From the NCBI GenBank assembly GCA_035760345.1, contig DASTTC010000180.1, positions 1 to 32,422 of the forward strand: a stretch of DNA of 32,422 bases, given 5' to 3'. How positions within the stretch are numbered: the stretch's first letter is position 1; every line of letters begins with the position of its first letter. Made by a program: the position numbers and the translations under genes. Shown here piece after piece: positions 17,789 to 29,633 of this stretch. Under the pieces are notes generated by a model that saw only the letters and a program-made list of their open reading frames with translations, was not told the origin of the DNA and ran no database searches. Source of the DNA: Burkholderiales bacterium. Its GTDB lineage: Bacteria; Pseudomonadota; Gammaproteobacteria; Burkholderiales; SG8-39.

Positions 17789-18223
17789 ATGCAAGTCAAG
17801 GAGATCCTGCGGGTCAAGGGCAACCGGCTGCTGACCATCGAGCCTTCGGGCCGCGCGGTCGACGCGGTGAAGACGATGTCGGAGCAGAACCTGGGCTCGC
17901 TCATCGTGCTGGATCAGGGACGCATGTCGGGCGTACTGACGTTCCGGGAAATCCTGCAGGCGCTGGCGCAGCGCAACGGCACCCTCGGAGACGTGCGCGT
18001 GGGCGAGATCATGTTGCGCGATCCTGTCACCGCGACGCCCGACATGGAAGTGAACGATCTGCGCCGCACCATGCTCGAATCGGGCGCGCGCTACCTCCCG
18101 GTAGTGCAGGACGGCAAGCTCCTGGGCGTCATTTCGTTTCGCGACGTCGCCAAGGCGGTCCTCGAAGAGCAGGACTTCGAGAACAAGATGCTCAAGGGGT
18201 ACATCAAGAATTGGCCCGCGTAG
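17789..18223 (+). CDS. CBS domain pair protein
   Basis: 144 aa. ATG 17789 within track ORF 16757..18223, preceded by GGGAGG. Two CBS repeats (SGVLTFREIL, LLGVISFRDV). Confidence 0.8.
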   Translation: MQVKEILRVKGNRLLTIEPSGRAVDAVKTMSEQNLGSLIVLDQGRMSGVLTFREILQALAQRNGTLGDVRVGEIMLRDPVTATPDMEVNDLRRTMLESGARYLPVVQDGKLLGVISFRDVAKAVLEEQDFENKMLKGYIKNWPA

Positions 18224-18278
18224 GACGTTTCTCCTAGGCGCGAGCGCGCTTGGCGCCGCCGCGGCCGGCGCCGTCGTA

Positions 18279-19451
18279 TTGCGCCACTGGCCCGAGCAGG
18301 GGCTGTGGAATCCGTGCCTCGCACGCCTGCCGCGCCGCCTCGCCGATCACGCGCTCGTGCGCCGGGCCTGGGAGGGCATCGACCCCGCCCGGATGTGGGA
18401 CGCACACGCGCATCTCGTCGGCACCGGCGATGCGGGCAGCGGCGTGGTGGTCAATCCGCGCATGCAAAGCCTGCTGCACCCCGGCGAGTACGCGCGGCGC
18501 CTGTTGTTCCTCAATGCCGGCTGCGCGCACCAGGCCCCCGGCAGTGTCGATCGCGCCTATGTCGAGCGCATGCTCAATCTCATGGACGGCATGCGCGCGG
18601 GCGCGAAGCTGCTGCTGTTCGCGTTCGATCGCGTGCACGACGAGCGCGGCGTGGCGCTATGGGAGCGCTCCGATTTTTACGTGCCGGATGCCTACGCGCG
18701 CGACACGGCGCGGGCGCACCCGCAGGTGTTCGAATGGGTGGCGTCGATCCATCCCTATCGCAAGGACTGCGTGGAAGCGCTGGAGCGCGCCAAACGCGAA
18801 GGCGCCCGCGCCGTCAAGTGGTTGCCGGCGGCGATGGGCATCGACCCGGCCTCGGCGCTGTGCGAGCGCTACTACCGCGCGGCGGCGCGCCTTCACCTGC
18901 CGCTCATCTCGCACGCGGGCGAGGAGCGCGCGGTGATGGGTGCCGACACGCACGCGTACGGCAATGCGCTGCGACTGCGCCGCGCGCTCGACGCGGGCGT
19001 GCGCGTGGTGGTGGCGCATTGCGCGTCGCTCGGCGCAGACCGCGACCTCGACCGCGGCGCGCACGGACCGGTGGTGGACAGCTTCGCGCTGTTCGAGCGA
19101 CTGATGGACGAGCCGCGCTACGCGGGGCGGCTGTACGGCGACGTGTCGGCGATGACGCAGGTGAATCGCGCGGGCGGCGCGCTGGCGCGCGTCATCGAGC
19201 GGACCGAATGGCATGCGCGACTGCTGAACGGTTCGGACTATCCCTTGCCCGGGCTGATGCCGATTTTCTCGGTCGAGTACCTGGTGTCGCTGGGCCTGCT
19301 CGAGGCGGCCGCCGCGCCGGTGCTGACCGAGATCCGCTCGCACAATCCGCTGCTGTTCGATTTCGTGCTGAAACGCGCCCTGCGCGCGAACGGCCGCGCC
19401 TTCGCGGCGGGCGTGTTCGAGACGCGGCGCTTCTTCGAGGGCGGCGTGTAA
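18279..19451 (+). CDS. metal-dependent amidohydrolase (TIM-barrel, Amidohydro_2-like); true start possibly upstream at 18210
   Basis: HxH metal motif (WDAHAHLVG) and later ISHAGEE, VVAHCAS, NGSDYP. The first canonical start (TTG 18279) has no Shine-Dalgarno. The in-frame upstream sequence encodes a Tat-like signal (see findings). Confidence 0.75.
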   Translation: MRHWPEQGLWNPCLARLPRRLADHALVRRAWEGIDPARMWDAHAHLVGTGDAGSGVVVNPRMQSLLHPGEYARRLLFLNAGCAHQAPGSVDRAYVERMLNLMDGMRAGAKLLLFAFDRVHDERGVALWERSDFYVPDAYARDTARAHPQVFEWVASIHPYRKDCVEALERAKREGARAVKWLPAAMGIDPASALCERYYRAAARLHLPLISHAGEERAVMGADTHAYGNALRLRRALDAGVRVVVAHCASLGADRDLDRGAHGPVVDSFALFERLMDEPRYAGRLYGDVSAMTQVNRAGGALARVIERTEWHARLLNGSDYPLPGLMPIFSVEYLVSLGLLEAAAAPVLTEIRSHNPLLFDFVLKRALRANGRAFAAGVFETRRFFEGGV

Positions 19452-19461
19452 AATCTTCGGC

Positions 19462-20547
19462 ATGTCCGGCAACAGCTTCGGCACGCTGTATTGCGTCACC
19501 TCGTTCGGCGAGTCGCACGGACCCGCCTACGGCGGCGTGGTCGACGGCTGTCCGCCGGGCCTGGCGCTCTGCGCGGCCGACCTGCAAAAGGAGCTCGACC
19601 GCAGGAAGCCCGGCAGTTCGCGCCACGTCACGCAGCGCCGCGAGACCGACACGGTGGAAATCCTCTCCGGGCTGTTCGAGGGCAGGACCACGGGCACGCC
19701 GATCGGCTTTCTGATCCGCAACGAGGACGCGCGCTCGAAGGACTACGCGCAGATCGCGCGCAAGTTCCGCCCGGGGCATGCCGACTACACCTATTGGCAG
19801 AAGTACGGTGTGCGCGACCCGCGCGGCGGCGGGCGCGCCTCCGCGCGCGAGACCGTGGTGCGCGTCGCGGCGGGGGCGATTGCCCGCAAATGGCTCACCG
19901 AGCGCTACGGCGTGCTGGTGCGCGGCTATCTTGCGCAGCTCGGCCCGCATCGCATCCCGTTCGCGGACTGGGATGCGGTCGGCGCCAACGCGTTCTTCGC
20001 GCCCAATGCCGGCAGCGTCGCGGCGCTCGAGGCGTTCATGGACGAGCTGCGCGCGAGCGGCGATTCCTGCGGTGCGCGCGTCAACGTCATGGCGCACAAG
20101 GTGCCGGTGGGTTGGGGCGAGCCGGTGTATGGGCGCCTCGATGCCGACATTGCGGCCGCCATGATGTCGATCAATGCCGTGAAGGGCGTCGAGATCGGTG
20201 CCGGCTTTGCCGCGGTGGGGCAAAAGGGCAGCGAGCACGGCGACGAGATGACGCCGCAGGGGTTCCTCACCAATAACAATGGCGGCGTGCTCGGCGGCAT
20301 ATCCACCGGGCAGGACGTGACGGTGTCGATCGCGCTGAAACCCACCTCCAGCATCCGCCTGCCGAGGCGCACCCTCGACGTCGACGGCAACGCCACGACG
20401 GTCGAGACCACCGGCCGCCACGACCCCTGCGTCGGCATCCGCGCCACGCCGATCGCCGAGGCGATGCTCGCCTGCGTGCTGATGGACCATGCATTGCGCC
20501 ATCGCGCGCAGTGCGGCGACGTGCAGCCGCCGATGCGCCCGGTGTAG
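19462..20547 (+). CDS. aroC: chorismate synthase
   Basis: 361 aa. Signature N-terminus [29 protein letters not shown], plus GRHDPCVG. Confidence 0.95.
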   Translation: MSGNSFGTLYCVTSFGESHGPAYGGVVDGCPPGLALCAADLQKELDRRKPGSSRHVTQRRETDTVEILSGLFEGRTTGTPIGFLIRNEDARSKDYAQIARKFRPGHADYTYWQKYGVRDPRGGGRASARETVVRVAAGAIARKWLTERYGVLVRGYLAQLGPHRIPFADWDAVGANAFFAPNAGSVAALEAFMDELRASGDSCGARVNVMAHKVPVGWGEPVYGRLDADIAAAMMSINAVKGVEIGAGFAAVGQKGSEHGDEMTPQGFLTNNNGGVLGGISTGQDVTVSIALKPTSSIRLPRRTLDVDGNATTVETTGRHDPCVGIRATPIAEAMLACVLMDHALRHRAQCGDVQPPMRPV

Positions 20548-20605
20548 AAAAGCACAATGGAATCCATTACAGTAACCATCCACCCCACGCGAGTGAGGCA
20601 ATAAC

Positions 20606-20845
20606 ATGAGCAACAAGGGGCAGCTGCTACAAGACCCGTTCCTGAACACCCTGCGCAAGGAACACGTTCCCGTGTCGATCTACCTCGTGAACGGCATCAA
20701 GCTGCAGGGACAGATCGAGTCCTTCGACCAGTACGTGGTGCTGCTGCGCAATTCCGTGACGCAGATGGTCTACAAGCACGCCATCTCCACGGTGGTGCCC
20801 TCGCGCGCCGTGAGCCTCGGCACCGAGCCCGACAAGGACGCTTGA
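20606..20845 (+). CDS. hfq: RNA chaperone Hfq
   Basis: 79 aa. [39 protein letters not shown] ... [10 protein letters not shown] (Sm1/Sm2 motifs). Confidence 0.97.
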   Translation: MSNKGQLLQDPFLNTLRKEHVPVSIYLVNGIKLQGQIESFDQYVVLLRNSVTQMVYKHAISTVVPSRAVSLGTEPDKDA

Positions 20846-21984
20846 TCCCCGCGGCGCCCCGCGACAACCGGGCGGCCGTCCTGGTCAGCCTGGATTTCGG
20901 TAAGGGCGCCCCGGGGGACGCCGCCGAAGAGCTGGTGCGGCTGGCCGAGAGCGCCGGCGTGCGGCGCCATGTGCTGGTGGGTGGCCGGCGCCAGCGGCCC
21001 GACGCCAAGTATTTCGCCGGCAGCGGCAAGGTCGGGGAAATCGCATTGGCGGCCGACGCCCTGAACGCGGCCACCGTGATCTTCGACCACGCGCTGTCGC
21101 CCGCGCAGCAGCGCAACCTCGAGAAAGTGCTCGAGCGGACGGTGCTTGAGCGGACCGAGCTGATCCTGACGATTTTCGCGCAGCGCGCCAAGACCCACGA
21201 AGGCAAGCTGCAGGTCGAACTGGCGCAGCTGCAGCACCTGTCGACGCGCCTGGTGCGCGGCTGGACGCACCTCGAGCGCCAGCGCGGCGGCCTGGGCAAG
21301 ACCGGCGGCCCCGGCGAGAAGCAGATCGAGCTCGACCGGCGCATGATCGCGGACCGCATGCGCATGCTCAAAGGCAAGCTGGAGCAGTTTCGCCACCGCC
21401 GCGGCGTGCAGCGCCGCGCGCGCGCGCGCGGCGAGGTGCTTTCGGTGTCGCTGGTGGGATACACGAATGCGGGCAAGTCCACGCTGTTCAACCAGCTGTC
21501 GCGCGCGGGCGCCTACGAGGCGGACCAGCTGTTCGCGACGCTCGACACCACGACGCGCCGACTCTGGCTGCCGGAGGCGGGGTCCGTCGTCATCTCGGAC
21601 ACCGTCGGGTTCATCCGCGACCTGCCGCACGGCCTGGTGGCCGCGTTCCGCGCCACGCTGGAGGAGACCGTGCGCGCCGACCTCCTGCTGCACGTCGTGG
21701 ACAGCGCCGCCGGCGCGCGCGAGCAGCAGGCCGAGGATGTAGACCGGGTGCTCGAGGAGATCGGCGCCGGCGGCATCCCGCAGATCCTCGTCTGGAACAA
21801 GATCGACGCCGCCGGACTCGAGCCGGGCGTGGAGCGCGACGAGTATGGTAGGATTCGCCGCGTATTCGTGAGCGCGCGCAGCGGCGCCGGCCTCGCCGAC
21901 CTGCGGGGCGCGATCGCCGAGGCCGCCAGAGCGCGGCAGTCCCGCACCCCGTCCCCGGAACCGATCTCACTGCACTCTGTTTAA
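20842..21984 (+). CDS. hflX: ribosome-associated GTPase HflX
   Basis: TTG start overlapping the hfq stop (TTGA). [30 protein letters not shown]1 [10 protein letters not shown]3 DTVGF, G4 NKID. Confidence 0.93.
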   Translation: MIPAAPRDNRAAVLVSLDFGKGAPGDAAEELVRLAESAGVRRHVLVGGRRQRPDAKYFAGSGKVGEIALAADALNAATVIFDHALSPAQQRNLEKVLERTVLERTELILTIFAQRAKTHEGKLQVELAQLQHLSTRLVRGWTHLERQRGGLGKTGGPGEKQIELDRRMIADRMRMLKGKLEQFRHRRGVQRRARARGEVLSVSLVGYTNAGKSTLFNQLSRAGAYEADQLFATLDTTTRRLWLPEAGSVVISDTVGFIRDLPHGLVAAFRATLEETVRADLLLHVVDSAAGAREQQAEDVDRVLEEIGAGGIPQILVWNKIDAAGLEPGVERDEYGRIRRVFVSARSGAGLADLRGAIAEAARARQSRTPSPEPISLHSV

Positions 21985-22000
21985 TGTCTGTGAACGTTCA

Positions 22001-23194
22001 ATGTCTCTGAACGACCCGAACTGGGGGCGTGGCTCCCGCGGTCCCGGCGGCAATCAGGGCCCGCCCGACCTGGACGAACTCTGGCGCAACTTCAACCGCA
22101 AGCTGAACGAGCTGTTCGGCGGGCGGCGCGGCGGCGGCAGCGACCTGCCGCCCGCGTCGCCTTCCGGGCGCATGCTGGGCGGCGGTGCGGGCGCGCTGGT
22201 GGCGCTGGTGCTCGCGATCTGGCTGGGGAGCGGCTTTTACGTCGTGGACGCCGCCTCGAAAGGCGTCGTGCTCACGTTCGGCAGGTACACCGATCAGACC
22301 GAGCCCGGCCTGCGCTGGCGCATGCCGTTCCCGCTCCAGTCGCACGAGATCGTCAACCTGTCGCAGGTGCGCACGCTCGAGGTCGGCTACCGCAACAACG
22401 TCAAGACCAAGGTGCTGAAAGAGTCGCTCATGCTGACCGACGACGAGAACATCGTCGACCTGCAATTCGCGGTGCAGTTCGTGGTCACCGATGCCCAAGC
22501 CTGGCTGTTCAACAACCGGCGGCCGGAGGAAGTGGCCATGCAGACCGCCGAGGCGTCGATGCGCGAAGTGATCGGCAAGAGCAAGATGGACTCGATCCTG
22601 TATGAGGGCCAGGACAACATCGCCAACCAGGCGCAGGTGTTGATGCAGCAGATCCTCGACAGCTACAAGACCGGGATCAGCCTGAGCCGCGTGACGATCC
22701 AGAACGCGCAACCGCCCGAGCAGGTGCAGGCGGCGTTCGACGATGCGGTGAAGGCCGGCCAAGACCGCGAGCGCCAGAAAAACGAGGGCCAGGCCTACGC
22801 CAACGACGTGATCCCGCGGGCGCGCGGTGCCGCGGCGCGACTCACCGAGGAGGCCGAGGGCTACAAGGCGCGTGTCGTCGCCAACGCCGAGGGCGAAGCG
22901 TCGCGCTTCCGCCAGGTGCTCACCGAGTACGCCAAGGCGCCCGCCATCACGCGCGAGCGCATCTACATCGAGACGCTGCAGAGCGTCCTTTCGTCCACCT
23001 CCAAGATCCTGATCGACGCCAAGGCGAGCGGCAACCTGCTGTACCTGCCGCTGGACAAGCTGATGCAGCAGGCGGGCGTCGCCGGCCTCACCGAGTCCCA
23101 GGCCTCGCAGCAGTCGCCGGAGTCGTCCCTGCCGCTGGATCCGGGTCCGCGCTCGCGCGACACCTTGCGCAACCGCGAGCGGGGGGAACGCTGA
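22001..23194 (+). CDS. hflK: FtsH protease modulator HflK (SPFH/band-7)
   Basis: 397 aa. N-terminal Gly/Pro-rich tail, one TMS, SPFH domain, and a position directly upstream of hflC. Confidence 0.92.
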   Translation: MSLNDPNWGRGSRGPGGNQGPPDLDELWRNFNRKLNELFGGRRGGGSDLPPASPSGRMLGGGAGALVALVLAIWLGSGFYVVDAASKGVVLTFGRYTDQTEPGLRWRMPFPLQSHEIVNLSQVRTLEVGYRNNVKTKVLKESLMLTDDENIVDLQFAVQFVVTDAQAWLFNNRRPEEVAMQTAEASMREVIGKSKMDSILYEGQDNIANQAQVLMQQILDSYKTGISLSRVTIQNAQPPEQVQAAFDDAVKAGQDRERQKNEGQAYANDVIPRARGAAARLTEEAEGYKARVVANAEGEASRFRQVLTEYAKAPAITRERIYIETLQSVLSSTSKILIDAKASGNLLYLPLDKLMQQAGVAGLTESQASQQSPESSLPLDPGPRSRDTLRNRERGER

Positions 23195-23195
23195 C

Positions 23196-24080
23196 ATGAG
23201 AACCCTGGGTCCCGTCATTGCCGTTCTCGTCGCGCTGGGGCTGGTCGCCTCCAGCGTGCTGTTCACGGTCGACCAGCGCCAGAACGCCATCGTGTTCCAG
23301 TTCGGCGAAGTGAAAGAGGTGATCAAGGAGCCGGGCCTGAAGTTCAAGTGGCCGATGATCCAGAACGTGCGCCTGTTCGACATGCGCATCCTCGCCTACG
23401 ACGACGCCGAGCCGCTGCGCTTCCTCACCTCGGGCAACCGCCCGGTGCTGGTGGATTCGTTCATCCGCTGGCGCATCATCGACGTGCGCCAGTATTTCGT
23501 CTCGGTGCAAGGCAACGAGTCCGAGGCCACGCGACGCCTGCGCCAGACCATCTCCGGCGCGCTGCGCGACGAGTTCGGCGGACGCACTGTGCACGAAGTG
23601 GTGTCGGGCGAGCGCGATTCGGTCATGGGCCGCGTGCGCGAGAAGGCCGACCAGGACCTTCGCCGCATCGGCGTGGAGATCGTGGACGTGCGCCTGAAGC
23701 GCGTCGACCTGCCGCAGGAAGTGAGCGAGTCGGTGTACCGGCGAATGGAGGCCGAAAGAAAGCGCATCGCCAACGAGCAGCGCTCGACCGGCGCGGCCGA
23801 GTCCGAGCGCATCCGGGCGGATGCCGACCGGCAGCGCGAGGTGATCCTGGCGGAGGCCTATCGCGACGCGCAGCGCGTGAAGGGCGACGGCGATGCCCGC
23901 GCGGCCTCGACCTATGCGCAGGCTTTCCGCCAGGACGCCGAGTTCTATTCCTTCTACCGCAGCATGGAGGCCTACCGCTCGACGTTCCGCGGCCGCAACG
24001 ACCTGCTGCTGCTCGAGCCGACATCGGACTTCTTCCGCTACCTCAAGGATCCCGGCGGCAAGGCCGGCGCCCGGAGATGA
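23196..24080 (+). CDS. hflC: FtsH protease modulator HflC (SPFH/band-7)
   Basis: 294 aa. N-terminal TMS plus SPFH domain. Starts 1 nt after the hflK stop. Confidence 0.92.
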   Translation: MRTLGPVIAVLVALGLVASSVLFTVDQRQNAIVFQFGEVKEVIKEPGLKFKWPMIQNVRLFDMRILAYDDAEPLRFLTSGNRPVLVDSFIRWRIIDVRQYFVSVQGNESEATRRLRQTISGALRDEFGGRTVHEVVSGERDSVMGRVREKADQDLRRIGVEIVDVRLKRVDLPQEVSESVYRRMEAERKRIANEQRSTGAAESERIRADADRQREVILAEAYRDAQRVKGDGDARAASTYAQAFRQDAEFYSFYRSMEAYRSTFRGRNDLLLLEPTSDFFRYLKDPGGKAGARR

Positions 24081-24086
24081 CGCCCC

Positions 24087-24271
24087 ATGGCGAGCACGCT
24101 GCTCCTGGCCTTCGCGCTGATGCTGATCATCGAAGGGGCGCTCCCCTTCCTCGCGCCTAGCCTCTGGCGCGACACGTTCCGGCGCATCACGCAGCTCTCG
24201 GACGGGCAGATCCGCTTCTTCGGGCTCACCTCGATGCTGATCGGCCTGCTGCTGCTCGCACTGGCAAGCTG

Positions 24272-24272
<1 letters not shown>
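24087..24272 (+). CDS. DUF2065 small membrane protein (YjeT-like)
   Basis: 61 aa with two hydrophobic helices ([14 protein letters not shown] ... [14 protein letters not shown]). Occupies the position that yjeT holds after hflC in E. coli. Confidence 0.8.
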
Positions 24273-26541
<2,269 letters not shown>

Positions 26542-26544
26542 GCC

Positions 26545-26632
<88 letters not shown>

Positions 26633-26642
26633 GGGGAGGCGA

Positions 26643-26671
26643 ATTCTAGGGTTGCCCTCGCATCATGTCAA
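26643..26671 (-). promoter_or_regulatory. sigma70 promoter for tRNA-Leu (-35 TTGACA, 17-nt spacer, -10 TAGAAT)
   Basis: On the minus strand: consensus TTGACA (plus-strand 26666-26671), a 17-nt spacer, TAGAAT (26643-26648), then an 11-nt GC-rich stretch (TCGCCTCCCCT) up to the mature 5' end at 26631. Prediction from sequence only. Confidence 0.6.
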
Positions 26672-28773
26672 AGAAGAAGCACTTAAAGCCCGCCGCGCAC
26701 GCAAGTTCCGCGCTCGGCTCCTACGGCACGGAAATTCTGGATGCGCTCGAGCGCGCCGGCGCGCCGCTGACGCGCGCCGAGCTGATGGCGGGGCTGGCGG
26801 TCGGCGCGCGCGAGCGCGCGGGCTTCCTCGCCGCGCTCGCCGAACTGGAGAAGTCCGGGCGCGTGGTGCAGAACCGGGCCGGCAGTTTCCTCGTCGCCAA
26901 GCGCATCGATGTGGTCGCCGGCCGCATCGAGGGACATCGCGACGGGCATGGCTTTCTGGCACCGGATGACGATGGCCCCTGGGTGTTCCTGCCGCCGGCG
27001 GAAATGCGCCAGGTGCTGCACGGCGACCGCGCCGCGGTGCGCGTCGCCGGGCAGGATACGCGCGGGCGGCCGAGCGGCACCATCGTCGAAGTGCTCGAGC
27101 GCGCCGATCGCCGCATCGTCGGGCGCCTGCACGCCGAGCATGGCGTGCTGTTCCTGGTGCCCGAAGACCGGCGCATCGCGCAGGACATCGTGGTGCCGCC
27201 TGCGCAAGCGGGCAAGGCGAAGCCCGGCGAGGTGGTCACGGTGGAGTTGATCGCGCAGCCGGCCAAGCACGCGCGGCCGATCGGGCGCGTCGCCGAGGTG
27301 CTCGGGCACTACACCGATTCGGGTATGGAAATCGAGATCGCGGTGCGCAAGTTCAGCCTGCCGCACGAGTTCACGAAAAAGGCCATGGCGCAGGCGCGCG
27401 CCATGCCCGAGGCGGTGCGCAGCGACGACGCCGCGGGCCGGCGCGACCTGAGGTCGCTGCCCTTCGTCACCATCGACGGCGAGACGGCGAAGGACTTCGA
27501 CGACGCGGTGCACGCGGTGCGCGAGGGCAAAGGATTCCGCCTGCGCGTCGCGATCGCCGACGTCAGCCATTACGTACGGCCGGGCGATGCGCTGGATGCC
27601 GAAGCGCGCGAACGCGGCACTTCGGTGTACTTCCCGCGCCGGGTGATTCCGATGCTGCCGGAGAAACTGTCCAACGGTCTGTGCTCGCTCAACCCGGACG
27701 TCGACCGCCTGGCGATGGTCTGCGACATGGTGATCGAGCCCGGCGGCGCGGTGGCGAGCTACGAATTCTATGCCGCGGTGTTCCGCTCGCATGCGCGGCT
27801 GACCTACACCAGCGTCTGGGCGTCGATCTCCAAGGGCAAGCCGAGCGCGGCGCTGGCCGCGCTGTACGAGTGCTACCAGGCGCTGGCGCGCGAGCGCAGC
27901 CGGCGCGGGGCGATCGACTTCGATACCGTCGAGACGCGCATGGAGTTCGACGACCAGGGCAAGATCAAGCGCATCGTGCCCGAGATCCGCAACGAGGCGC
28001 ATCGCCTGATCGAGGAGTGCATGCTGGCGGCGAACGTGTGCGCCGGGAACTTCCTCGCCGGGCGCAAGCACCCGGTGCTGTACCGCGTGCACGACGTGCC
28101 GGCGCCCGAGAAAGTGACGGCGCTGCGCGAGTTTCTCGCCGAGCTCGGGCTGAAGCTGCCGGGCGGCGAGCGCCCGCAGCCCAAGGACTACGCGCAGATC
28201 CTGGAGAAGATCCGCGCGCGCCCGGACTTCCTGCTGCTGCAGACGATCCTGCTGCGCTCGCTGAAGCAGGCGGTCTATACGCCGGACAACGTCGGGCACT
28301 TCGGCCTCGCGTTCGACGCCTACGTGCATTTCACCTCGCCGATCCGCCGCTACCCGGACCTGCTGGTGCATCGCGCCATCAAGGCGCTACTGGCGAACCG
28401 GCGCTACGACGGCGTGAACTGGGGCGAGCTGGGCCGTCACTGCTCCGACACCGAGCGCCGCGCCGACGAGGCGAGCCGCGACGTGGAGAACTGGCTCAAG
28501 TGCTTCTACATGCAGGACCATGTCGGCGGCACGTATTCGGGCACGGTCACCGGCGTCACCGCCTTCGGCCTGTTCGTCATGCTGGACGACTACTTCGTCG
28601 ACGGGCTGGTGCACATCTCGGAGCTCGGCCGCGACTATTTCCAGTTCGACGCAGCGCGCCACATGCTGTTGGGCGAGCGCACCAAGCAGCGCTATCGCCT
28701 GGCCGATCGCATGAAAGTGAAGCTGGTGCGCGTGGACCTGGATTCGCGCAAGATCGATTTCGTGCCGGCGTGA
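26665..28773 (+). CDS. rnr: ribonuclease R
   Basis: 702 aa. N-terminal HTH/CSD region, RNB catalytic domain ([48 protein letters not shown]), C-terminal S1 domain ([15 protein letters not shown]). Confidence 0.93.
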   Translation: MSKKKHLKPAAHASSALGSYGTEILDALERAGAPLTRAELMAGLAVGARERAGFLAALAELEKSGRVVQNRAGSFLVAKRIDVVAGRIEGHRDGHGFLAPDDDGPWVFLPPAEMRQVLHGDRAAVRVAGQDTRGRPSGTIVEVLERADRRIVGRLHAEHGVLFLVPEDRRIAQDIVVPPAQAGKAKPGEVVTVELIAQPAKHARPIGRVAEVLGHYTDSGMEIEIAVRKFSLPHEFTKKAMAQARAMPEAVRSDDAAGRRDLRSLPFVTIDGETAKDFDDAVHAVREGKGFRLRVAIADVSHYVRPGDALDAEARERGTSVYFPRRVIPMLPEKLSNGLCSLNPDVDRLAMVCDMVIEPGGAVASYEFYAAVFRSHARLTYTSVWASISKGKPSAALAALYECYQALARERSRRGAIDFDTVETRMEFDDQGKIKRIVPEIRNEAHRLIEECMLAANVCAGNFLAGRKHPVLYRVHDVPAPEKVTALREFLAELGLKLPGGERPQPKDYAQILEKIRARPDFLLLQTILLRSLKQAVYTPDNVGHFGLAFDAYVHFTSPIRRYPDLLVHRAIKALLANRRYDGVNWGELGRHCSDTERRADEASRDVENWLKCFYMQDHVGGTYSGTVTGVTAFGLFVMLDDYFVDGLVHISELGRDYFQFDAARHMLLGERTKQRYRLADRMKVKLVRVDLDSRKIDFVPA

Positions 28774-29528
28774 AGCGCGAGCGCGAGCCGCGGGTGGTGT
28801 TCGGGTTCCATGCGGTGCTGGCGCGCCTGCGCGCGGATCCGTCCTCGGTGATCGAGCTGTACGTCGATGAGACGCGGCACGATGCGCGCATCCGGGACGT
28901 GGCCGCGCAGGCGCAGCGCGCGGGCGTCGCGGTGATGAAGGTGCCGACCAAGCGCCTGGACGGGTTCTACGGCGGCGGGCGGCACCAGGGGGTGGTGGCG
29001 CGGGTCGAGGTGAAGGCCCTCAGCCACAGCCTCGACGAGATCCTCGAGCAGGTGCAGGGGCCGCCGTTGCTATTGTTATTGGATGGCGTGACCGACCCCC
29101 ACAACCTCGGCGCCTGCCTGCGCGTGGCGAACGCGGCCGGCGTGCACGCGGTAGTGGCGCCGAAGGACCGGGCGGCGGGGATCAGCGCCGCGGTGTCGAA
29201 GGTGGCGAGCGGCGCTGCTGAATCCACGCCCTACCTGATGGTCACCAATCTCGCGCGCACCATCGACGAACTGAAGGAGCGCGAGATCTGGATCGTCGGC
29301 ACCGACGAGCGCGCCGAGCAGTCGCTCTATCAGGCCAACCTGCCCGAGGCGATCGCCTGGGTGCTGGGGGCCGAGGGCGAAGGTATGCGGCGCCTGACGC
29401 GGGAGAAGTGCGACCTGCTGGTGCGGATCCCGATGGCGGGGGCGGTGGGGAGCCTCAACGTGTCGGTGGCGGCAGGCATCTGTTTATTCGATTCTGTGCG
29501 GCGGCGCCTGAAAGTGTCTGCGAAGTAG
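28770..29528 (+). CDS. rlmB: 23S rRNA (guanosine-2'-O)-methyltransferase RlmB (SpoU/TrmH family)
   Basis: GTG 28770 within track ORF 27681..29528, overlapping the rnr stop (GTGA). [49 protein letters not shown]. Position after rnr matches E. coli. Confidence 0.9.
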   Translation: MKREREPRVVFGFHAVLARLRADPSSVIELYVDETRHDARIRDVAAQAQRAGVAVMKVPTKRLDGFYGGGRHQGVVARVEVKALSHSLDEILEQVQGPPLLLLLDGVTDPHNLGACLRVANAAGVHAVVAPKDRAAGISAAVSKVASGAAESTPYLMVTNLARTIDELKEREIWIVGTDERAEQSLYQANLPEAIAWVLGAEGEGMRRLTREKCDLLVRIPMAGAVGSLNVSVAAGICLFDSVRRRLKVSAK

Positions 29529-29633
29529 GCATCGAAATCGGTGACTTCCTGTGAGGGACGTTGCTGGCAGGAGCCTGGAGATCGCAGGTCGCACCCTTAG
29601 GCGATAATCCCGGCACTTTCCGGAGGAACCCGC

